The translations under genes and the position numbers were made by a program. The notes below the pieces were generated by a model. That model worked only from the letters and a program-made list of their open reading frames with translations. It was not told the origin of the DNA and made no database searches. 64,000 bases of DNA, taken from contig NC_045696.1 in assembly GCF_009834535.1 (NCBI RefSeq), forward strand, positions 35,032,001-35,096,000, written 5' to 3'. The stretch is from Camelus ferus. Lineage: Eukaryota. Numbering within the stretch: the first letter of the stretch is position 1; each line of letters starts with the position of its first letter. Below are positions 37,811 through 50,639 of this stretch, piece by piece.

Positions 37811-39309
37811 CTGACTCTGGGACTTGCCTCTCTCCCCGCTGAAGGCATCAGGTCAGCCAGATGCATTGTTCTTTAGGTCTGCTTCCACCCATGCCTGTTC
37901 TGTGTTCTGCCTGTTCAGCCTCTTATGTTTCATCCCTGTACATGCCTAGTTCTAAGTAGTAGCACAGTCTTTCAAGTTCACCACTTTTTCTTTTCTTATT
38001 ATTGTTTGAAGACTTTGCTGCAAATCACTATAGGAAAGCAAATGGCACAACCATGCTATTGCCACAAAGGTTGAAGAATCGTATCAACTTCTTAATAAAT
38101 CCAGATAACCTGCTTACTTATAATCTCATGCTCATATTTTAATACCAAGACACTGTAACTCTTATGTTCCTTTATCCAAAGAAGCAAGTTAAACATGTTT
38201 ATAAATAATTGCATGAAAGCTCTTGTATCTGTTTCCACAAAGCTTTACAACCAAATGCCCTACCCATAGAAATTATGAAGTTTTTGCCATTTGTAATTAA
38301 CAAAAGTCAAGTGTAATTAATCTTGGCCAACTCTCTCAGCTTTCTTGTATACTTTAGCACTATCACTTTGGAAATCATTGAGGTTTAGGTGTGATTGTAA
38401 CTAATACATTCCCATACGTGTCTAACACCTCTTCTTAACAGCCTCTGGCTTCCTTATGCACAATCATTCTGGAAAGTGTAGATTTATTCCCTCATGAGCA
38501 TTTTCAAAAAGGTGCAAACCGAAGTGTAAATGGCATTCATCTCACCAAGTCAATTGGAATGTAGCTGCTGTTAAGGTGGTTAAAAAGGAGAGAGAGAGAG
38601 ATAATGCCTCTCTCAGAGATAAAAATTTTGAATACAAAATATCTAGGCAGTAACATCAGTTGCAGACTTAGTTCCAGCAGTTTGATTTGCAGCTTTAATT
38701 TGAAGACAGTCATGGTTTTAGTGCGAGTTAAAGACAAAGCTTGGAAATCTGAATAAACAATGAGATAGGTCTTTCCTCATGTACATAGTGTATTCCGGCT
38801 AACAGTGAGCTTCTGCAAAAAAAGGAAAATGGGGCTTCGCTAGGTTGCAAATCTGCTCTGTTCTCTCATGCATGTAAGCGCAATCTAAGACTAGCTGTGA
38901 GGGTAATTTCATTTTCAAATAGTTTATTCATTAAATAATCTCTTCCACATCTTATTAAAACCCAATAAGCATAAGAAAAAGAAAAAAAAAAACTATGGCT
39001 TTTAGAAACTACAATCAATCTTATTGATTTAAAAAGTAAATTGCAACTCCACCCCCTCCCACCCTGCTGGATTGTGATTCTTTAAATGAAAGGACTGGGA
39101 TTTAAGTATCTTTGTTCTTGTGCTTCTCACAGTAATGGCCCGCAATAGAAATGCAATAAATGTTTGCCGTAATAAACTAAAGACATAAATATTGCTGCTG
39201 TTCCGAGATATTATAGAATCACTAAGATGGTAAAAAGATGGAGCAGCTTAATCGTCTACTATCACATGGTTTGAAGTCGGAATTAAACTTTTTTTTTGTT
39301 GTTTGTCAG

Positions 39310-39353
39310 ATTTGGATGTTTTAAATGGATAAGCATGGGGTTAATTTTGACAG
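39310..39353 (+). other. Candidate small cassette exon (44 nt)
   Basis: ctttttttttgttgtttgtcAG|attt...gaCAG|GTAAGT: long T tract and perfect donor. Confidence 0.4.
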
Positions 39354-39855
39354 GTAAGTTTTATAGTTTGGATACACATTAAACATTTGGTTTTAATTGA
39401 GGTTTTTTTGCTCAGGCCACCCAAATGCTTCCTTGTAAGAATATGTTTATGTCTGTATGTTTTTTCCCTGTCACCATTTGCTGATGCAGTATTTAATTTC
39501 TTTCATTTATGGCCTAAAGTATAATATTCTGCCAAATGAAAGAGTTCACTAAGTATGAAAAAATATATTTTCCAGTTTTCCATTAGGAAATCCAAACCTC
39601 CATAGTTCCATTTGGATGCTGCATTTCACTATTTTGTCCCAATTCACTAGTTACAGATGTTTTTAAAAGCACTGGAAGGCATATGACCAAGATCTAACAG
39701 GAATATGGAAATTAACCCAGTAGGTAACCCAAATTTTATTTCCCCTTAACGTTCACATTAAACTTATGTGAAACTAAAATAACCAGTAAATCCATTTGAT
39801 TTAATTTTTTATAAATGAAAATCACTGTTTTATTGGCTGATTTTTAAGAAAAAGA

Positions 39856-39895
39856 GACACACGTGCACACACACACACACATACACACTCACACA
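39856..39895. repeat. Imperfect (CA)n microsatellite
   Basis: acacacgtgcacacacacacacacatacacactcacaca. Confidence 0.85.
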
Positions 39896-40569
39896 GAAAA
39901 AAAGAGATAGATTTCTTAAAAATTTCTTTCCCAAATTGAGAAGACAGAAGTCCTAAATCTCACCTTTCGTCTGTGGCTGTCTTCATGATTAGGAAAGCAG
40001 CTGCAGACTCCAAGAAGCATGCACTCCAAAAATCTGAGGACCAGGTAATAAAACGTCATTCTCTTAGTACAAGAATAAATTCATAGTAAAGAGATTAATA
40101 ATTCATTATTAATAAACCCAAAGAGACGGTTTGTAACTTTGTTGTAAATCAAGAGGTTTGTGATTTAATTAATTTTAATTTCTTTAAAGAGATATACCCT
40201 CTCAGGACCATGGCATTCTGCATGGAATTTTGGGAATATAAAGTCAAAAAAAAAAGTCAGCATTTTTCTAGTACTATTGAAATGGGAATAAGACATTATT
40301 TGAGAGCATCAACACTAGAGCCATTAGAAAGTATACTCTATAGAAAAGCAAAGATGATTTTCCAAGCTCTACCACAGCCTGAAGGAAATATCCCTCAAGA
40401 CCACACAGATCCCTCCGCCTGGATTGCATGCTCAGCATATATTTTTATAGTAAGAAAAAGATGCCACAGTTTGCAAATATAATCATTCCAGGAATTAGAA
40501 AGGAATGTTAAAAAATTCTATTCTATGCGAAAAATTGGTATTCTATTTCATAAACTAAACTTTTGTTAA

Positions 40570-40810
40570 AGCAAATAATTCTACAAGTATTTATTGAGCT
40601 AAGCATATAAAAATGAGTAAGACACAGTCTCTACATTGAAGAAATTCACAGTCTGAAAGGATGGAAGGGAAGGCATATATGCAGCTTTGCCACATGATGC
40701 TTGTTCATGTCCTGATGAGTTAACTGCAGACGGGAGAGAACATTGTTTCTGCCTGGGATTGTCCACGGAAGGCTTCCTACAGGAGCTGGAGTTTCTACTT
40801 CAACGGGTAG
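40570..40810 (-). mobile_element. L2 3' fragment
   Basis: acaagtatttattgagc..aaaatgagtaagacacagtctctacattgaagaaattcacagtct..ggaaggcttcc. Confidence 0.75.
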
Positions 40811-41519
40811 TTTTTCTTCCAGAGTGTACTTAGCATACATTGATTCAGTTGAATTTCATAAGAAGTGGATCATCAAATTAATTGTTTGCTTCTCTCTACC
40901 TATGTTTTTCAAAAATAGCACGTTGAAAATGATTAAAGTATGAATACATAATCAAGTCATCTTCGATGGGCCCAAGAAGTGTAACCTAAATCAAACTGAG
41001 TGTCTTTGAATTACACTTGATCCAACCTTAGTATTTGACTACAGTCAGGAAAGCAGACAGGACTGCACGTGGGTGTACACACATATGCACACATACAAAT
41101 TCAAACTGAAAAAACACTGAAAATGAGGTAGATGTTCTTGAAGCTTCATTTGGAGAAGGGGAAATTTAGATTGTGGGTACAACGCACAAACTCTTAAACC
41201 CTCCTCTAAATTTTCTCTCTTCCTGAGTGTTCTTCAGCTACTGCATCTTGTCCTTTGTCCTATTTCCTGCATGGTTCCATTTGAGACATCACATCCACAA
41301 TCCCTCCCCACAATCCTGTAATATATTCAACACCACCATTTAAAAAATCAGTGAAAAAGTGTTTGACAACATTCAAACCTTGCCCTTAATTAAAACTTAG
41401 ACTACTTTTTGTCAGTCAAGCATGATGTGAAAAGTCTTAATTCATATGTGTAACTCTCAAACGATAATGGAAAACAGTCAGCCTCATTTTTCTCTTCATA
41501 AATGTAAACAGGGAATAAT

Positions 41520-41710
41520 GATAACTTTGAAATGCTCATTACATATCAGGAACTGCGGTAAAATATCACTTGTGATTCTCACAACAATACCAGAGTAGGT
41601 AAGTTTTTCTTTAACAGATGAGGAAGTTGACACACGTCATTAAGAACATAGATGAGAATTTAAACCAAGTTTGTCTGACTCTAGCATCCTTACTTTTCCC
41701 ACTACACCAC
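41520..41710 (-). mobile_element. MIR SINE
   Basis: attctcacaacaatacc..taggt..ttaacagatgaggaagttga..aatttaaaccaagtttgtctgactctagcatcc. Confidence 0.8.
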
Positions 41711-43079
41711 AGTAGTTTCACACAAAGCAGTAGCAGCAGTGTATTTTGAATATGTGAGCACAGGCACTTGAAAATAAACTGGCCAATAACAATACCAACA
41801 ACAAACTTCGTAAGGCCCCAGAATAAGTTTGATCCCCCTTTCCTTTCTCTCCTCCCAACAAAAATGGGTACATTCATCTATATCCTGAATATAGTCAATT
41901 GAGGAATATTCCCCAATTCCTGAATGCCAGATGTTCCAAGGCAGCATCCATTGCTTTCACCTGAAAATCTTGGAACTTTGAAGGAGCAGAAATCTTCCTT
42001 AAAGTTACCTTTTAAGGAAGAATGAGCTTTGAAGATCTGATTTCTTAAAATGCTGTACCATAAATGGTCTATAATAGACACTCAAAAGAGAAGACTTTAG
42101 AAATGAGTCAGTCTATCAGTGGCCAGGGATGGAAAATATTAATGTAGGATATTTGAAGCATAGAAAATGACTAATATTAAATATTTTTAAAAATTAGCAG
42201 AGGCACTAAAATACAAAATTTTAATATGACAGAACCCTTTCACAATTACAACATTTCTATGCTGGTGTAGCTACATTTTTGGAGTTCTTCAGTAGACATA
42301 GACATTGGTCAGATCAAATGCATATAAAAAATTTTATCCACTGTATCTAGATGCAAACTTTCAAACACCCCATGAGGAACATACACATTTAAGACTTTTT
42401 CAACAACCACTAAAGTACCATCAGGAAACTACAAGTATGACAAATGAAACAGGTATTGTGATTTGATCCAGAGTTTCATATATTCCCTCTTAGAAGAATT
42501 CCACTAAGAGTCCAAAATAGCCTGGTGTAGATTTTCACATTGAGAAGAGGCAAAGGAGCACCTATAACAACTAAGAAAAATGTTACCTGTCAATGAGACA
42601 TTTCCAATCAGAACCTAATCATGTAAGAATACTTAATAGGAATATTTTAAAATAGTGATGTTTTCCAATGCTATCCAGCAAGATATAAAATATTTTTTCT
42701 TTACCTCAGAAATGTGTTGTACTGTACAGAAAATTTACTGTTTTAAGGAGAATGATTGATGTGTTGAATTTGAAAAAGTTCACATAACTTAGTAACATAA
42801 CCTCCTTTTCTGTTATGATTTGAAGCATTTGCAGCTGTAATGGCCTTTGAGTCCCTGGGATAAAGGCCTCAGCCAAAGCCAGGAGTTGCCTATAAAGTTC
42901 TCTTTGACAGAAACTGGGATGGAATCCAGGCTCATTTCAGCAATATTTGTGGGGAAGAGGATTGAACTCAATATATTTGACCCCAAAGTGCATTTTTGGG
43001 GCTTGCACCATATTTATTAAAGCCTTGTGGCAGACCTAGAAGTTATTAAATGGGTGCGAGCTGGCTTTATAAAGACACA

Positions 43080-43420
43080 GTTCTAAGCAGCCATAGTTCA
43101 ATTCGACATACTTCCACCGATCACCTAGCTAGAGCCATGTCCTCGGTGAGGAACTCGTGGTTATAAAGAAGAGGCAACTAGCATCCACAGATTCAGGTAA
43201 CTCTCAATCTGGTGGAGAAAGAGAGGACATAAATAACTGTAACGCATGGCATAGTATGTAAAGGACTGTAAAACAGGTACACTGTGCAACTGGAAGTTAC
43301 AGACCCTGATGAAATCAGGACTCCATTCACCGGGAAAGTAGCATTCTGAGTAGGGTGCTAATGAAATGGTACATGACCAGTGTGTATGTGGAGGATGGAG
43401 GGAGGGGAGGCAGGATTCCA
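43080..43420 (-). mobile_element. L2 3' fragment
   Basis: ttcaattcgacatacttccaccgatcaccta..ctctcaatctggtggagaaagagaggacataaataactgtaac. Confidence 0.55.
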
Positions 43421-43555
43421 GCTAAAAATTTAGTAAATTCAGAATACATTCAAGAAACTGAAGTTAGCATTTCAGGAAGCAACATTTTAGCAGGATTCTA
43501 AGGTACCCATTTTCGGAAGGCAATAGTTTTACAATATTTTAATTAAGACTTGGCA

Positions 43556-43951
43556 TTCTGGAGGTCAGAAGTTCAAAACGGATCAGCAGAGTTGTATTCC
43601 TTCTAGAGATGCTAGGGAAAATCTACTTCTTTGCCATTTCCAGCTGTTAGAGACCACCTCATTTCTTCATTCATGGCCCCTTCCTCCATCTTCAAGGCCA
43701 ACAGCACAGCATCTTCAAATCTCTGCTTCTGTCATCACATCTTCTATGATGCTGACACTTTTGTCTCCCTCTTGTAAAGACCTTGTGATTACATAAGTCT
43801 TACTTTGATGATTCAGGATACTCTCCCATCTAAAAAATCCTTAACACAATCACATCTGCAGAATCCCCTTTGCCACGTAAGGTAACACATTTATATTTTC
43901 TGGGCATTAGGATGTGGACATCTTTAAGGCACAATTGTTCAACCTATTATA
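43556..43951 (-). mobile_element. MLT1C/D-type LTR
   Basis: ttctggaggtcagaagttcaaaa..catggccccttcctccatcttcaag..aatcacatctgcagaatcccctttgccacgtaaggtaac..attaggatgtggacatcttt. Confidence 0.9.
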
Positions 43952-44329
43952 TCCTGGAAATGTTATCTAATGTCTAAAGTTTAACTTTTTTTCTTACTGT
44001 AAAATAGGGCTAATAATAGTTCACATGGTTTTTCTGGAGCTCAAATGAGTAAAAGAATGTAAGACAATTAGCATAGCACTTAATAAAAATTATAATTACC
44101 ATTTCTATTGCTATTAATAGTGTTATCATTTTTGAGGATTCTGAATAACAGAACTGAAAACAGGTAGAGTTTTACCCATTTTATTTGGCAATATAGACCT
44201 GACCCTTTGAGGAGCAAGGTTACACTGTCAGAACTTGATATGTCAATGTTGAGTGTTATGAAGATTTCTATAGAGAGATTAGAGACAAAGGATACTCTCA
44301 GGGGTAAGGGATAGTATAAATACTCAGAT

Positions 44330-44730
44330 GGACTGTAGGACAGACTACAAATATTTGCAATGTATGTAACAGGCGTAGAATGAATATGCTCAAGATTTTC
44401 AGAGGGCCTGAAAGTGAATAGGAAAACCATATTATTTTAATAGGAAACTGGGCAAGAACATGATGAAAATTCTCTGAAAAAGGATCACCAAAGACAAATG
44501 TTTAAAATATATATTTATAATCCACAGTGACCAAATAAAAATAATTAAAACAATAAAATAATTAACACAGATTTTTAAAGTAGTGTTCCATGTTTCAGGT
44601 GTACTTTGACAGAGTATGAACTGACAGCAACCGCCTTATGGGACACTTGATGGATGTATACCAAGAGCATCAATATAGTCACAGTCTTCGGTTAATAGCT
44701 GAGGATATTTTGCTGCTGAAAATATTTTTA
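44330..44730 (+). mobile_element. Decayed L1ME fragment
   Basis: aatatttgcaatgtatgtaacag..aataggaaactgggcaagaacatga..aaaataattaaaacaata. Confidence 0.55.
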
Positions 44731-44747
44731 TGCAAAAAAATGTGTTT

Positions 44748-44783
44748 ACCCTTTCTAGGTCTTTTTTGGCTAAAGCAAGAGTA
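44748..44783 (+). pseudogene. 3'-truncated U2 snRNA retrocopy (degenerate)
   Basis: accctttctaggtcttttttggctaaagcaagagta aligns to U2 nt 1-35 (ATCGCTTCTCGGCCTTTTGGCTAAGATCAAGTGTA), about 27/35 by eye with small indels. Confidence 0.5.
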
Positions 44784-45824
44784 CAATAGATGTTAAATCT
44801 CAAAGTGGATTATGAGACAGACCACCATGTATAAATGTCAAAGTAGGTTCTAAGAATTAGTTAGACATTCACATACATTGGGACCATAAGGAAGTCAGTT
44901 TTCGGAGATAGACAGATGAGAAGTTTTCTCTGGAGAGAACCATCCCGTGTTCCTCTCCTTGAACCCACGGAGACTGTTGAAGGGTGGAACCTATCCTTTA
45001 TTTCAGCTACAAGGGGGACACCAATGGCATCACAGAAAGAGCTTCATCTGGCTTCTGTGTCATTAGTAGAGTACTGCGAATGACTGCGGCCCCGACCCTC
45101 TAGAGAATGCAGGATGGATTGGCTATTTCGGTGAAACAGAAAGAGAGGTGCTACTGCCTAAGAACAAGCCTGCAGTGTTAAAATGTGCTCAAGTAAGAAA
45201 TGCTCGATTTTTTGCTGTGATCCATAAACAGGCCAAGAGTAATAAAGACCTGTTGAGGGTCACACTGGATCCTATCCAGTAGTGCCTCCCCAATGGGTAA
45301 TAAGACCTCACCTTTTGGAACTTGGAGGGGAGTTGGCCATATTCTTAGGGTACCCAATAAACAAGAGACCACTGGAGTTCCTTGTTTTCTGTTTGGAACT
45401 ATGGCTGCATCCTAGAGTTGAAGAGAGGAGAAAAGCTTTCCTGATGTGATACCTCAGCTCAAACTTTTCAAGGCCCTGTTGCCTGAAGAAGCCAAGATAT
45501 GCCAATTATCAGGGAGCGCTGCCTCCACTTTTCTGGGGTGGAGCCAGAGCAGCCTCCCTGGATGCCTGGTATTAGGGTGGTGAGCCTGGAATTAATCCCA
45601 CCCCTGCACTGCCCACTTCCACCAGCCAAATGTTGGTTACCCCATTTTTGAAGATTGAAGAAACTGTCTTTCTTGTTCAGGGTGGGAAAAGGAGGCATTT
45701 AGGGTAGGGGAATCAGCACTGATGTGCCCTGGGACTGCCAATAAATCACTCTCACAGAATCAAGCCTTTCTAAAGAAAGGACCAGGCTCCCCAAACCAGA
45801 TGTCCCCAGAACAGAAACTAGCCA

Positions 45825-46060
45825 AAGGCAGTGGGTATAATGGAGAGAGTTTTGGGTTTAGTGAATTAGGAATCTTGGGTTCTGACCCTACTCTGGGGGA
45901 AGTTGTACAAGTGTGTCCATTCTCAGAGCATCCTTAAAGGATAAATTGCATAAGCCATATAACTAAATGAAGGTTGAATCATATATGTGTCTATCTCTTA
46001 CGTATATAAAACAAGTGTATTGCACAATGCCAGACAGGGTAGGTGCTCAATAAACATTCC
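45825..46060 (+). mobile_element. MIR SINE
   Basis: ggcagtgggtataatggagagag..tcttgggttctgaccct..gcacaatgccagacagggtaggtgctcaataaacatt. Confidence 0.8.
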
Positions 46061-47274
46061 CTTTGGCTACCCTCTGAAAATAAATAAGTAAGTAAATAAA
46101 TAAATAGACAACTAAAAGACACATTATTGAAAATACAATGGAAATTTCCCACTGGTGGCCTCTGGTAAATTTAGAAAAATATTCACAAAAGGGTAGCCTT
46201 CAAGTATCTGCCAGATCTTGAGAGTAACAAGCTACGTTTACAAAAATGCCAAGCAAGTGAAAAATGTCTTGTTTTCTTACCTCTTCTTTCTCTTACTGCT
46301 TCAACCCCAGAGGATAAATAAACACAAAATAAAACAAATAAACAAACAAGCCAACACAGAAACATATTCAGCAGAATTCATTCAGAGAAGGAGATTCGGA
46401 AAAGAAAAAAGCCAACCACCCCCTATTGCTGAAGTCGAGAGCCCACTTATAATGGGCAAGGTCTGAAGTAGCGGGAGAGAATATTTATCTTTGAACGAAA
46501 TTCAGAGTTTCTGTTATCACCTGAGGCTACATGCATTTCATTACTCAATTGAGAATGCATCTAGCAGTTTAAAGTAGCCATAGGACTTTCTATTACTAAA
46601 AAGTGATTGGAAAAGTCATGAACTTTCACCACTGAGTGGTTTTAGAGAGTGGGAGAAAATATAATTACAGCTGCTTTTAATTACACTCTATGAATATTGG
46701 TTGTTTAGCGTACTTGTTATACCTACATATTTACTGAAGCCATCATTAATACTGATAAAAGTTGGTAAATAATCTAAATATTCAACAACAGTAGAAGATA
46801 TATAAATGATGAGACAATCATAAGTAGAAGTCTATGTGGTTTTTGAAGACTATTACTTTATCATAAAATCTTGGGTAATTATTGCACAATATATCTGTTC
46901 ATTTTAATATAAAATTAATATTGTAAACTATTCACCAGAGACGACTGTGATAATGTTTTCCACTGTTCTGCAGTGGTGTGTCAACTTGGGCCAAAATGAA
47001 GAGAACAGACGCTGCCTATTAGGCTTAATACCTAAACAATTCCTCTTTTCATGTCTTAGATGTATGACATTGTGAGGAGGCAAGTACAGAATTATTACAA
47101 AAAGTAATAAAATAAAATAGTAATGATTCTGATATTGCAAGTTTTAGATACTTAGTATGTAGTTGAAATAAAAATACAGCCTGTGATATGAAACAGAAAC
47201 AGTGTCTGTGATCCACTGAACAGTCTCTTTACTGTGTCAGGAAAATACTTGTCCATGGACTTCTTAGAAAAGAA

Positions 47275-47900
47275 AGATTCATTCTTTCTTCCAACACATT
47301 TATTGAGTGCCCATAATGAAGCAATAATCATACCAATTTACAGGAATAAAACAGGTTACCTAGCAGACATGTTTCTTGGTCGAGCAACGGCACTAAACTT
47401 CAATCACATAATACAAATGCATGTAAAACTGACACTGTGATGGTATTAAAGAGAGACATGGCTTTAAGAGACCATGTATTAGAAAAAGCTTCCATGAACG
47501 AGTGCCAATTCAGCTAGGGTTTAAATTAGAAAAGCAGGGAGAGGAAGAGCATTTTGGACAGAGGAAATTGGATGTGCACAGGCCAAGGGTAGGAAGGAAA
47601 TTTAAAAGGTTAAGGAGGGTATGTGGCTAGACATTTAACACAAAAGGAAATGTGGTATGAAATATTACCAGAGAGGTAGATAGCAACCAGACCACATAGG
47701 ACTGAACAGGTCACTTTGGAGTATTTCATTTTGCAGTGTTAAACATGTTAGTTATTTAACATTGCTCTTAGGGTAAATATGATGTTTCAAAAGATAAGGG
47801 CGGTGAAGACATGAACTCAGTGTTGACAATTCCTTGGAGAAGTCTGGCAGTAAAAGAAAGAAACTAGGGCAATAGCTGGAAGGTAATGCCAATGTGATGA
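47275..47900 (-). mobile_element. L2 fragment (with a short MIR piece at ~47325-47400)
   Basis: attcattctttcttccaacacatttattgagtgcc; gaggaagagcattttggacagagg; ccagagaggtagatagcaaccagaccacatagg; ccttggagaagtctggcagtaaaag. Confidence 0.75.
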
Positions 47901-48184
47901 GAATTATTTTCAGTTGGCAGAGACATCCCCACAACTCCTAGCCAATGGGACTTGTGGCTGAAGATACTTAAATAAAAGCATTTTCATTTTATTTCCCATT
48001 TTCACACCCACAAAAATAAGAGCAAAATCATCAAAGCAATACAAGTAGAGAACAATTTTACCTTTAATAAAACAGGTACATCAGAGTGATACTTTGATAT
48101 TCATCAATGTGCTTTTCATTACTGGTATTCTGTTCTACGCCCATCCTGTCTCCCCATTCTAGGAATTCATGTGAGTCCAGGTAT

Positions 48185-48305
48185 ATCAACCCAAGCAAAA
48201 GAGGCTGAACAGTAGAAGAACAGAGAAAAGGTGTCATGCTCTTAACATCTGAGCTTCTGAAACTCATAGTAAAGATAAAATTTGAAAGAATTTCATCTGC
48301 CAAAG
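48185..48305 (+). repeat. Dispersed direct repeat, copy 1 (partner at 50280-50407)
   Basis: 48258-48305 versus 50360-50407 is 44/48 identical; the upstream block aagcaaaagagg..aacagtagaa..aaca is also shared. Confidence 0.9.
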
Positions 48306-48399
48306 ATTTCTGGGGGGAGGAGGTTACAAAATATTTTGAACTATGTAGGACTGAATATCCATAGACTAAATACAGATGTGGGAATAGTGAACACTGACA

Positions 48400-49214
48400 T
48401 AGGTGCCAGTTTTCCCACCGTGAACTGAATAAGGATCCCATGAGCAGGAGAAGGGAAAGGCTTAGAGATGTGGGTTGTGGGAAGGAACTAGTTCAGGGAG
48501 AGGATATGATGAGGGAACTCCCCAAAGGGCTTGGGATAAATCTGAGAGTGGAGGAGACTCATAAGTAGTTCCATGAGAATCCTGATGGCACCCTAATGGC
48601 ATCAGACTTTTTGATGTTCCTTTGCACCACCAGAGTCTGATAATAGGATAAATTATACATATAGAAGCTTCTGGAGGTATATAGGAGAGGCATTCCTACC
48701 AAGAGTTATATATCACTTGACTGTTATGAGAAAGCAGTCACATTTTCTCTTGCCTTGAGAAGGGAAATTTGAGAGAAACTTCCAGAGAGCATGATGGACA
48801 GAAGTTGTTCCAAAATTGGCTTGGTCATCAGGTTTTAGCAGTTATCAACGTGGCACTATGACTAAGGGAAACAGTTAGACACCTCAGACTATACGTTCAA
48901 GGCACTGATGGGATTGTTCACCTCAAGGATACCAGAATGAACAAATGCTAAATCATCACCTTTCCAAGACTGAGGGTGGATACATAACCCAGGAGGAAGT
49001 TAAATGACATTCCAGAGAAAGGAAGGAGGGGGCCAGTGGTAAAACATTGGTTGAGGTCTGAAATGATGAATACACCAAAAGGAAGTAGATTAATTTTTAG
49101 AACCACATTTGGACTTTAAATAAAATCTGTTATGGAAAAATACAGCTGTCTTTAGTGTACATCTGAATTTTGTTACTTGTAAAAGATGTGCTCACTCCAT
49201 AAGTAATTTGCTAC
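48400..49214 (+). mobile_element. Probable ancient LTR (MamGyp-like); 5' boundary uncertain
   Basis: Purine-rich body, tttggactt..aataaaatctgttat.. and terminus tttgctaca, as in old Gypsy-derived mammalian LTRs. Confidence 0.4.
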
Positions 49215-50279
49215 AATCCAAAGTTATAAACCACAACGTCTCATGATCCAAAATGATACAGAACATTGAAAGCTGATTCATACTTCCTCAAAACTTGAGT
49301 AGAAAAAATAATAATGAAGGTTGCTGTCACAGATGGGATAAAAGCAAGGGGATCTGGCTAAGCTATGAGCCAAAAGAGAAGACAGAGATGTACATTCGGA
49401 AAACCAAGTGGTATCATTGAAAAGTGGTGAGGTAGAACTGAAGGATAAATCACATTGACACATCATCGTTAACTGTTTATAAACTAACACTCTAGCTGAG
49501 AGAGACTTCTGAGGGCAATGTAAAGGGTAAAGAATGAGGACACGATAATCATGAAATGAGAATCTGACCTACAATATGAATACTGAAAATTGAGTGAAGA
49601 TATACCCTGGGATAGAGGAAACAGTGTTTTAGTGAAAACCTCCTAGTAACAATCTTATAATAAAACCAAAGTGTGCCAACACATCACCCTGCCTCCCCCA
49701 CCTGATATTACTTCTTCCTTATTATACCATTATTCAGTAGCTAGGTTACCACATTCAAAATTAAAAGTCAATGAAGGACCCCACATAAAACTTAACTATA
49801 GACATTACACCCCTCATTCTCATGTTCCCCAATAGGGGACCTGTGGTTTTGAATATCTGCTGCCAATAAATTACTAAATTCCATCAGAGTTACACATAGT
49901 GCATTAAAAGAAAATCACTTTGAACAATGGGAAAGAATTAATTAATCTGTTTTATCTACTCAAAGGCAAAAACTTTGAGCAACTGAACAGATTTTGTCTT
50001 ACAGAAAATTCAAATTACATAACTTACTGAGTTGCTCTTTACATATTCTCTATTAAAAGCTTATTTTCAATACTATAACTTAGCCAACCTACCCTCTATT
50101 AAGTTCTCTAAATACTTAAATACTTAAATTTTGTTTCTAGTTAACACTTTGTGTTCTCACTTTATTTTTATTCTTAATTTGATCGAGTTCTATATTTAAA
50201 ATATTTTTTGCATTTATGTATTCTTATATAAATATATAAGAATATAATATTCTTATATAAACATATACGAATTCTTATA

Positions 50280-50407
50280 TTCAACTGAAAGCAAAAGAGG
50301 ATAAACAGTAGAACAACAAAGTGTCAAACTCTTGACATTTGAATTAAAAAATTGTCTTTTGAAACTCATAGTAAAGATGTAATTTGAAAGAATTTTATTT
50401 GCCAAAG
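50280..50407 (+). repeat. Dispersed direct repeat, copy 2 (partner at 48185-48305)
   Basis: Same alignment as copy 1. Confidence 0.9.
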
Positions 50408-50639
50408 GCTTTTTTTTACTTGAATGAGGGAGAGCAGAATAATAAAAATGATTTTTACATGCACATTCGAAGATTTATATAAAGATTAAAATAATGCCAT
50501 GTGATTATCATTGGTGAAATCACAAGACATTTTTCTTCCCTACACTTTTATTATTTAAGTCAATTAGAAGCATGTTTTTTTCATAATGAAAAGAAATTTT
50601 ATGTTAAAAACAAAGTTTAGATGAGAAGTTTTGGGTCAA

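Noticed and set aside
41594..41606. AG|GTAAGT donor-like site
   Set aside because: Inside an antisense MIR with no convincing upstream acceptor
46145..46162. CTCF-like GGCCACCAGTGGGAAA on the - strand
   Set aside because: Mismatches at key 3' core positions; too weak to call without a PWM score
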